Part shown: positions 1-7,306 of the stretch, piece after piece
Position numbering within the stretch: the stretch's first letter is position 1
Layout of the letters: each line of letters opens with the position of its first letter
NCBI GenBank assembly: GCA_016839585.1
Contig: JAEOTZ010000006.1
Span: forward strand, 1 to 18,518
Direction of reading: 5' to 3'
DNA: 18,518 bases
DNA from: Promethearchaeota archaeon
Lineage (GTDB): Archaea; Asgardarchaeota; Lokiarchaeia; Sigyniarchaeales; SOKP01
Notes under the pieces: model-generated
Told to the model about the DNA's origin: nothing
What the model saw: only the letters and a program-made list of their open reading frames with translations
The model's database searches: none
Program-made: the position numbers and the translations under genes

Positions 1-1754
1 ACAACATATGTCATACCTCTAATTGCATTACCTGCAAAACAATGGACTGCCATTTCTGCCATTATATTACTGCCATCTTTAATATTGGAAGTTTCTCTAA
101 AAGGTGAGTCGGTTCCTGAAACATCATGATGATCTCTACCTAGCATTATTGGTCCAATTTCTCCTTTCTTTACTAAATTATTAAATTTTAGAGCAATATT
201 AATTCGCTCTTTAGCATCAGCATACAATATTCTTGCTTTTGTTCCAACAACAAGTTGATTTTTTTTAGCATCTCGAATCCAAGAGAAATTATCTCTATCT
301 TGAGCTCGCAATTCAGGATTTATACAGCTCATTGCAGTTTGATCAGTCTTATCTAAATCTTCCTCTTTTCCTGAAAGACATACCCATCGAAAAGGACCAT
401 ATCCAAAATCGAAGCATAGAGGACCCATAATATCTTCAACATATGATGGAAAAATAAATCCTTCAGAAGTATCATCCACATTTATTGCAATTTCTTTTAC
501 ACCAGCATCAAATACTGCTTTCAAAAAAGAATTACCATAATCCCAGAAGCGAGTACCTCTTTCTGTCATAGTTTTGATGAGTTTAAACTGTTCCCGTAAG
601 GACTCATTTATTAATTGCTTGAATCTATCAATATTTGATTTAATCAGTTCTCTTCCTTCTTTAAAGCTGATTTGATATGGTGTATAACCTCCCTCATAGA
701 CAGCATGGCAAGATGTTTGATCTGAAGCAAGCTCTACTTGAATATTATTGTCTACTATATATTTCCATAAATTTACAACATTCCCATTATATGCAATAGA
801 CAGTGCTCTGCCAGATTTTCTAGCATCCTCAACCCACGCAAAAATTTCATCTAAATTATCAGAAATCTTTGAAACCCATCCTTGCTCATACCTTGTTTTA
901 ATCCTGGATTCATCAACTTCAGCAATGACGCCTATCCCCCCAGCAATTTCTATTGCTTTAGCTTGGGCACCACTCATACCCCCAAGACCAGATGTTACAT
1001 ATAAAATACCTCTTAAATCTTTATCTTGAGGAATATTAAGATATAATCTTCCGGCGTTCAATAATGTAATATATGTACCATGGACTATTCCTTGTGGACC
1101 GATATACATCCATCCTCCTGCCGTCATTTGACCATAATTTGCTACACCTAGAGCAGCTGCTACAGCGAAATCATTTGGATTGTCAAATAAACCAACCATT
1201 AATCCATTAGTGGAAATTACCCTGGGAGCTAATGGTGAAGTTGGAAAGAGTCCAACTGGATGTCCAGATGAAATGACAAGAGTCTGTTTATCAGTGATTT
1301 GCTCAAGATACATTTTTACAAGACGATATTGCATCCAATTTTGGAAAACTTGCCCACTTTCCCCATAAGTGACTAACTCATAAGGGTATAGAGCCACACC
1401 AAAGTCGAGATTATTATCTATCATAACTTGTAAAGCTTTCCCTTCAAGAATATTACCCTTATATTCATCTATAGGTTTTGCTTTTATATTTCCTTTAGGT
1501 CTGAATCTGTAACCATATATTCTTCCTCGTGTAATTAATTCTTCCAGAAATTCTGGAGCAATCTTTTCATGTAAGGATGGATTGATATATCTAAGAGCAT
1601 TCTTTAAAGCTAGTTTTGTTTGGGTTTGATTAAGTGCATAACCTCTTGAAGGGGCACGTCTTATTCCTTCGACGAATTTGGGATATGATGGGAGCTCCTT
1701 AGGCAATCTAATTTTCATGGCTTTTGAAATATCCATATTTTTAACTAACTTCAT
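1..1754 (-). CDS. hutU: Urocanate hydratase, long form (3' end outside window)
   Basis: Not in the ORF track because it runs off the left edge. Manual translation from ATG 1754 gives MKLVKNMDISKAMKIRLPKELPSYPKFVEGIRRAP...ALKNALRY...RGRIYGYRFRP...QVMIDNNLDFGVALYPYELVTYGESGQVFQNWMQYRL. Further urocanase motifs read from the sequence: YGQMTAGGWMYIGPQGIVHGTY, TSGLGGMSGAQ, DYGN, GPFRW, GRDHHDVSGTDSPFRETSNI. The frame at the start matches the frame at the window edge (…MAEMAVHCFAGNAIRGMTYV). Confidence 0.95.
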   Translation of the reverse strand, partial: MKLVKNMDISKAMKIRLPKELPSYPKFVEGIRRAPSRGYALNQTQTKLALKNALRYINPSLHEKIAPEFLEELITRGRIYGYRFRPKGNIKAKPIDEYKGNILEGKALQVMIDNNLDFGVALYPYELVTYGESGQVFQNWMQYRLVKMYLEQITDKQTLVISSGHPVGLFPTSPLAPRVISTNGLMVGLFDNPNDFAVAAALGVANYGQMTAGGWMYIGPQGIVHGTYITLLNAGRLYLNIPQDKDLRGILYVTSGLGGMSGAQAKAIEIAGGIGVIAEVDESRIKTRYEQGWVSKISDNLDEIFAWVEDARKSGRALSIAYNGNVVNLWKYIVDNNIQVELASDQTSCHAVYEGGYTPYQISFKEGRELIKSNIDRFKQLINESLREQFKLIKTMTERGTRFWDYGNSFLKAVFDAGVKEIAINVDDTSEGFIFPSYVEDIMGPLCFDFGYGPFRWVCLSGKEEDLDKTDQTAMSCINPELRAQDRDNFSWIRDAKKNQLVVGTKARILYADAKERINIALKFNNLVKKGEIGPIMLGRDHHDVSGTDSPFRETSNIKDGSNIMAEMAVHCFAGNAIRGMTYV

Positions 1755-1894
1755 TTAATATTTAAATTATATGATTTTTAGAGTTCTAAATAAATAAAGT
1801 GGTTAAAAGAGTAGAAATCAATAAGATAGCTATTTTACCTTTTAAGATTATAAACAATTTTTTGGAAAATTAGTTCTTGTTTTAACGATTTATA

Positions 1895-3631
1895 TCATTT
1901 AAAAATCTTAATACCACGTAATTCTAATTTATCTAACAAATCTAAATATCCTTTTAAGCTATTTTTTTCTATGTTTAAATGTTTAAGTGATGTTAAGGAA
2001 TCCAATGAATTTGGTAATGTAGTTAAATTATTTGCTCTCACAAATAAATATTTCAAATTCTTCAAGAACCCTATGGATTCTGGAAGGGCAGTTAAATTGT
2101 TATTACCTAGATAGAGGTATTTTAAAGACTGTAATGACCCAATGGAATCTGGTATAGTCTCTAATTCATTATAATATAAATATAAATGTTTAAGTGAAGT
2201 TAATGATCCAATTGATTCTGGAATTGATATTAAATAATTCTTCCCTAAATCTAGAACCTCTAAGGAGGTGAGGAATCCAATAGATTTAGGAATTTCTTTT
2301 AACCGATTAAATCCTAGAATTAGATTTTTTAGTTGTGATAAAGATCCTATTGAAGAAACAAGATTTTCTAACTTATTGGTTGATAAATCTAATTCTAATA
2401 GATTATTTAATGAGTTAATTGATGATGGAAGGCTTCTTAATTCATTTTTACTCAGGTCCAGTATTTCAAGTGATGATAATGAACCTATGTATTCTGGCAA
2501 TCTCCCCAATTTATTATCATACAAATCCAGTTCTTTTAAATACTTCAATTGACCAATTGATGAAGGAAGTTCATTTAAATTATTGACATCAATTTTTAAT
2601 GATTCTAATGAAGTTAAATTTCCGATTGATTCTGGGAGTTCTGTTAAATTGTTTCTATCACATCTTAATATTTTAAGTGAAGACAACCCTCCAATTGATT
2701 CTGGAAGAGTTTTTAGTTTATTGTCTGAAATTTCAAGTCTAAGTAAATTTTTAAGATTCCCTATTGAATTTGGAAGTAAATTTAAATTATTAGATGATAA
2801 ATTCAAATTTTCTAATGAAGAAAGCAAACCAATTTCAGGATCAGGAAGTGTTGTTAATTTATTTGATGCTATTCCTAAATATATTAAATTATTCAATAAC
2901 CCAATGGACTTTGGTAAATTTTCTAAACAATTTCCTCTTAAAAAAAGAGATGATAAGGAAGATAAATTGCCTATTGACTCGGGAAGTTTATTCAATTTAT
3001 TATTTCTTAAATTTAATCGCTTTAATGATGTTAGCGAGCTAATTGATTCTGGAAGGATAGTTAGTTCATTATTGCCTAGATAAAGGATTTCTAAAGAAGC
3101 AAGAAATCCTATTGAATCTGGAAGTTTGGCTATATCATTACCACTTAAATCTAAGGTTTTTAAGTTTAATAATGAACCTAGAGAATCAGGTACATAAATT
3201 AACTTATTCTCACTAAGATCCAAAAGCTCAAGATCATGTAGTTCGCCAATATTGTCATGTAGATTGACTAAGTGATTAGATTCTAAATGTAATTCTTTAA
3301 GTGAAGAAAGTGAAATGATTGATGATAACAGTTCTGTTAATCGATTTTCACTTAAATCTAATATCTCGAGGGATTTAAGTGAATATAATTCTTCAGGTAG
3401 AGTAGTTAAATTGTTTCCCCTTAAGTAAATTTCTTTAAGTGAAAATAACAGCTCAATTTCTTTCGGAATTATTGATAATCCACAAGAAAAAAGACTTAAA
3501 CCCTTTATATGTTCCTTTTCTACATAATATCCAAAAGAATAACGTTCTAATTCTGATATTTCTGGAATTGGTTTATCTATTTGTTTTCCTAACGATTCTA
3601 ATACTTCTTTTTCGTTTTCTAAGGTTATCAT
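1895..3631 (-). CDS. Leucine-rich repeat protein (~23 tandem 23-aa LRRs, no other domain)
   Basis: Repeats of consensus SLxxLxLxxNxLxxLPxSIGxLx run from ~aa 41 to the C-terminus. One repeat is 24 aa (LPDPEIG). No signal peptide or TM segment is evident. Confidence 0.95.
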   Translation of the reverse strand: MITLENEKEVLESLGKQIDKPIPEISELERYSFGYYVEKEHIKGLSLFSCGLSIIPKEIELLFSLKEIYLRGNNLTTLPEELYSLKSLEILDLSENRLTELLSSIISLSSLKELHLESNHLVNLHDNIGELHDLELLDLSENKLIYVPDSLGSLLNLKTLDLSGNDIAKLPDSIGFLASLEILYLGNNELTILPESISSLTSLKRLNLRNNKLNKLPESIGNLSSLSSLFLRGNCLENLPKSIGLLNNLIYLGIASNKLTTLPDPEIGLLSSLENLNLSSNNLNLLPNSIGNLKNLLRLEISDNKLKTLPESIGGLSSLKILRCDRNNLTELPESIGNLTSLESLKIDVNNLNELPSSIGQLKYLKELDLYDNKLGRLPEYIGSLSSLEILDLSKNELRSLPSSINSLNNLLELDLSTNKLENLVSSIGSLSQLKNLILGFNRLKEIPKSIGFLTSLEVLDLGKNYLISIPESIGSLTSLKHLYLYYNELETIPDSIGSLQSLKYLYLGNNNLTALPESIGFLKNLKYLFVRANNLTTLPNSLDSLTSLKHLNIEKNSLKGYLDLLDKLELRGIKIFK

Positions 3632-3808
3632 AATTTAGTCTTTGCTAATTAATATTTGAATTGAGATTCAATTCTTATATTAAAAACACTTTAAAAAAAT
3701 AATATAAACTCGTTATATTTATGTTTAACACATTAGATAAAAAATAAAATTATACAAAAACTAGTTTATAAAATTGAAGCAAAAAAAATATATTTAAAAA
3801 AGTTGAAA

Positions 3809-5008
3809 TTAAAAGTCAATATCTTTTCCTTCATAAGCGTAATTAAAAAGTTTTTCGAATTCTGCTTTATTTGGAATTCTAGGAACTAATACACTCGTAG
3901 CTTCTTGAAAGCATAATGAAATTAGTGCTTTAAAATTTTCCTCAAAATCTTTTTTAGATACACCTGTTTCTTTAAGGCTTGAAGGAAAATTAAGTTCTTT
4001 CTGAAGTTCTTTAATCTTATCAACCACTTTATAAGCTGCTTTTTTATCATCTTCAGTCCATTTAGCCCAACCTAATTGTTTTGCTAGTTTACTATAAATT
4101 TTAATGCTATCAGAGGTCTCCGCAGGATCGTTTAAAACATATTGTACAGCATAAGGGAGAGAAATTCCACATGCTTCACCATGGTGTATGTGAAAAAGAG
4201 AGCCAAAAGTATGACCTAAAGTATGTGCAAGCATGACTTGAGCGTTTCCAAAAGCTAATCCAGAAATACTCGCTGCCTGATGCATCATATCCCTAGCTTC
4301 CTTATTTTCTCCATCTTTATGAACAATCGGTAAATATCTAAAAATGAGCTCTATAGCCTTTAAAGATAAAGCGTTACTAAATTCATTTCCCCAAAGAGAA
4401 ACTAAACATTCAACTGAATGGGCTAATGCATCAAATGCAGTAGAGACTGTTAATTTAGGAGGCATATTTTTAGTAAATATGGGGTCAACGATAGCATAGG
4501 TAGGGACTAAACCTTTATTCATACAGAAAACTTTTCTCCAAATATTATTCTCAAATCTCGATACAACTGCAACGTTTGTCGTTTCTGCTCCTGTTCCAGA
4601 ATTAGTCGTAATTGCAACTAAATTTACTTTCTTACCCATTTCATATAATTCAGTGCTATTGATTTGAATATTATCAATATTATATTCTGGAAATTCATAT
4701 AAACACCAAATTACTTTAGCAGTGTCTATAACAGAACCTCCTCCTAATGCAATTATCAAATCAGGGGCATATTTTATACACTCTTCTTTACCTTTCATTA
4801 CATCTTCTTCATGAGGATCTGGAATTACTTCATTAAATATCGTATAACTTTTTTTATATTTATCTAGCTTTTCAGTTAATATTCTTAAAAGTCCTGCATC
4901 TTCAATACCTTTATCAGTAACAATAAAACATCTATTTCCACTTATATTTTCCAAAAAATCTAAAGAATCTTCACCAAATATTATATTAGGACTATAAAAA
5001 AACCACAT
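3809..5008 (-). CDS. Iron-containing alcohol dehydrogenase
   Basis: GGGS nucleotide-binding motif (ALGGGSVIDTAK), TTNSGTGAE, DALAHSVE and HTLGH…HHG metal ligands. SD-like GGTGA at 5018-5022. Confidence 0.93.
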   Translation of the reverse strand: MWFFYSPNIIFGEDSLDFLENISGNRCFIVTDKGIEDAGLLRILTEKLDKYKKSYTIFNEVIPDPHEEDVMKGKEECIKYAPDLIIALGGGSVIDTAKVIWCLYEFPEYNIDNIQINSTELYEMGKKVNLVAITTNSGTGAETTNVAVVSRFENNIWRKVFCMNKGLVPTYAIVDPIFTKNMPPKLTVSTAFDALAHSVECLVSLWGNEFSNALSLKAIELIFRYLPIVHKDGENKEARDMMHQAASISGLAFGNAQVMLAHTLGHTFGSLFHIHHGEACGISLPYAVQYVLNDPAETSDSIKIYSKLAKQLGWAKWTEDDKKAAYKVVDKIKELQKELNFPSSLKETGVSKKDFEENFKALISLCFQEATSVLVPRIPNKAEFEKLFNYAYEGKDIDF

Positions 5009-5172
5009 TTATATTTTTCACCATAATTTTTTTTTGTTTTTATATTAATTCTATTTTAAAATATATGATTTTAATATTAATACATAGAATTTTATTAAAT
5101 TTAATTAATTATTTAATACTTAAATTTAGTTTTTGTAACTATTTAAAAACCATTTAATTAGGAAGATGTTAT

Positions 5173-5375
5173 ATGGAAGAATCTGAATAAGAAAATTTAT
5201 TCTTAACATTTCAATCAGTAATTGAAAGTATTGTAAAAGATAAACGAAAAAATCCTAAGGATTTAAAACTCCTTAATAATTTTAAGGCAAAAAATTAAGA
5301 TTTTCTAAAGGTTCAAATGGAAAACGTAATCTTAGACTTTTATTAAAGCTATCTAAACTTCTTGTTTTGGATTAG
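5173..5375 (+). pseudogene. Decayed small gene, possibly SCP2-like
   Basis: ATG 5173, preceded by AGGA, reads MEESE*ENLFLTFQSVIESIVKDKRKNPKDLKLLNNFKAK. A frame change at the A-run 5289-5294 then gives KLRFSKGSNGKRNLRLLLKLSKLLVLD* (TAG 5373-5375). Both halves look protein-like. The family assignment is inference. Confidence 0.55.
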
Positions 5376-5427
5376 AAATTTAAGATTACTTCTTTTTATT
5401 TTTAACATCAATATGATGTTTTACTAA

Positions 5428-6054
5428 TTATTTATACTTAATCCGATTATCTTCAAAAATTAAATGAGAATGTAAATTGTTAAGTTTGGAAGATTTAATA
5501 TCCAATTGAAATAAATTGACATCAATTTCTCGTGTTTTTTCATTTAAATTTAGAGTTATAAAAGAGGGATTACTGCTGGCTTTAAATGACCAAGCACCAG
5601 TAACACTTCCAGGATTTAATAACAGAATTCCTTTATTTGTAAGGAATACTTCTTCTTTATGAGTATGACCAGATACCAGGATATTGTAATTTTTTTCAAT
5701 AGCTAGTAATTCTAATTGCATATGATCACCTCTCGGAGATATTTGATGACCATGAGTTAAGCCTATAGTTATTTTATTGTTATCTGAAAACAAAAAGTCT
5801 AATTTTTGATACATCGGTGCATCTCTATTTCCACCATAATAGTCCATGTTTCCAATTACAATGAATAAATCTTTTTTTGTATTGAGATTTAAAAAATTTA
5901 TAAAATCATCAGCTTGTATAATATCTCCAGTAAAGAAAGTGTAATCAAATCTTTCTTTTTTGATCAGTTGATTTAATATATTATAAATTTTATTTGGAAT
6001 ATTTCTAGCTCTGTGAGGAATATGAGAGTCTCCAATAGCTAAAATTCTATTCAT
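5428..6054 (-). CDS. YfcE/MJ0936/Vps29-family metallophosphoesterase (208 aa)
   Basis: Motifs GDSHIPHRA, TGD, GNMD, THGHQ, SGHTH, NPGSVTGA, PSF. Start moved to ATG 6054, which lies 1 nt after the TyrRS stop. The ORF-track extension to 6132 overlaps TyrRS. Confidence 0.92.
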   Translation of the reverse strand: MNRILAIGDSHIPHRARNIPNKIYNILNQLIKKERFDYTFFTGDIIQADDFINFLNLNTKKDLFIVIGNMDYYGGNRDAPMYQKLDFLFSDNNKITIGLTHGHQISPRGDHMQLELLAIEKNYNILVSGHTHKEEVFLTNKGILLLNPGSVTGAWSFKASSNPSFITLNLNEKTREIDVNLFQLDIKSSKLNNLHSHLIFEDNRIKYK

Positions 6055-6055
6055 A

Positions 6056-7162
6056 TTATTTTTTAGATTTTTCTTTTTTGTATTCTTTTTTAACAAATGT
6101 ATATAATTCTCTGGCTTTTTTGTCTTTCTCAAAGTGTTTTTTTACAGGCTGGAGTAATTGATTCAAATACTTTATAACAGCTGGTTTCAAATCAGGAGGA
6201 TTTAGTTTACCTTCAACATAATCCTTCTCCATTTCTTCATAAGAATTATATTCTATATTTCCTCCATACTTCTCAGACCTTTCAACTTTAAAAGACTCTA
6301 TAAGTTCGAATATTATATACTTACAATAGTCTAAAACTGGATTTTCTACTATTTCGTTTGGAGGGCAATATGCCTTATTTATTTTCCTTTTTATATCCTC
6401 TGGATTATCTAACATTAAGATAGCCGAATCAGGGTCAGATTTTGACATTTTGAGTTTTACTGCTCTATTTATTCCTGTCAAGCTTATATTAGGTGGTTTT
6501 CCTAAACCCATTAACATGTGGTGGCTAAGTGAAATTGGTTTTGGCCTATTTAGCTTTTTAGCGACCTCTCTTGCTAACATATTTACTTTTCTCTGGTCTA
6601 GTCCGAGCTGACAGATATCCGCGGGTAAATAAAAAATATCTGCAGTTTGCATTAATGGATATAAGATTTGGGATGCTGTTAATGTATCAGTATCTTCTCT
6701 ACCCATAATTTGTGTGCATCTTTTAACTCGATTTAAAGAACTATTAATAGAAATTTTTAATAATAATTCCCAATAGGCGGGATCTTTTACAATATCTGAA
6801 GCATAAATAAATTCTACTTTACTTAAGTCCATATTACAGATTTTCCATACCTCAATAAAAAAATCTCCCACTTTCTTAATAACTTCTAAATTTCCACCAA
6901 ATTTGTGATTAGCTGCTGCATGCCAATCTGCTACCAAAAATTTGAACCTTATCCCTGCTTTAGTTATTTTATTTACATTAATGGCACGTAAAAGCCCTTG
7001 AGCAATGTGTATATTTCCAGAAGGTTCAAAACCATCATATGCATAAATTTCTTGGTTATGATCTAATTTCCATTGAATCATCTCTCGTAATTCATCTTCT
7101 TCAATGATTTCTTCTCCCACTTCTCTAAGTAAAGCAACCTTCTCGTCTAAAGTTAATGTCAT
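6056..7162 (-). CDS. tyrS: Tyrosyl-tRNA synthetase (archaeal/eukaryotic type)
   Basis: YDGFEPSGNIHIAQ (HIGH equivalent), YPLMQTADIF, QLGLDQRKVNMLARE, KMSKS. Confidence 0.97.
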   Translation of the reverse strand: MTLTLDEKVALLREVGEEIIEEDELREMIQWKLDHNQEIYAYDGFEPSGNIHIAQGLLRAINVNKITKAGIRFKFLVADWHAAANHKFGGNLEVIKKVGDFFIEVWKICNMDLSKVEFIYASDIVKDPAYWELLLKISINSSLNRVKRCTQIMGREDTDTLTASQILYPLMQTADIFYLPADICQLGLDQRKVNMLAREVAKKLNRPKPISLSHHMLMGLGKPPNISLTGINRAVKLKMSKSDPDSAILMLDNPEDIKRKINKAYCPPNEIVENPVLDYCKYIIFELIESFKVERSEKYGGNIEYNSYEEMEKDYVEGKLNPPDLKPAVIKYLNQLLQPVKKHFEKDKKARELYTFVKKEYKKEKSKK

Positions 7163-7306
7163 TTTCTTAGCTACTGAATATTTTATAAATTATTAAATAA
7201 TCATCTTGATATAACTTTTATGGATAGTGGAAATTAAAATGGAGCTTAATTAAGTTGAAATTTATCAAAAAGAATTATGAATTAATAATTTTAAATTAGA
7301 ATTAAA

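Noticed and set aside
748-1368. Plus-strand ORFs 748-1029 and 1180-1368
   Set aside because: Antisense shadows of hutU.
1847-1897. TGA stop of the LRR gene as a possible selenocysteine codon
   Set aside because: The protein ends in a plausible C-cap, read-through adds only ~16 unremarkable residues, and no redox motif or SECIS-like hairpin was recognised.
2268-3633. Plus-strand ORFs with periodic 'PIDSG' motifs and 69-nt DNA periodicity
   Set aside because: Mirror of the LRR coding repeats; not a CRISPR array or an independent gene.
6055-6132. N-terminal extension of the phosphoesterase ORF
   Set aside because: Overlaps the TyrRS 3' end; the family domain starts at ATG 6054.
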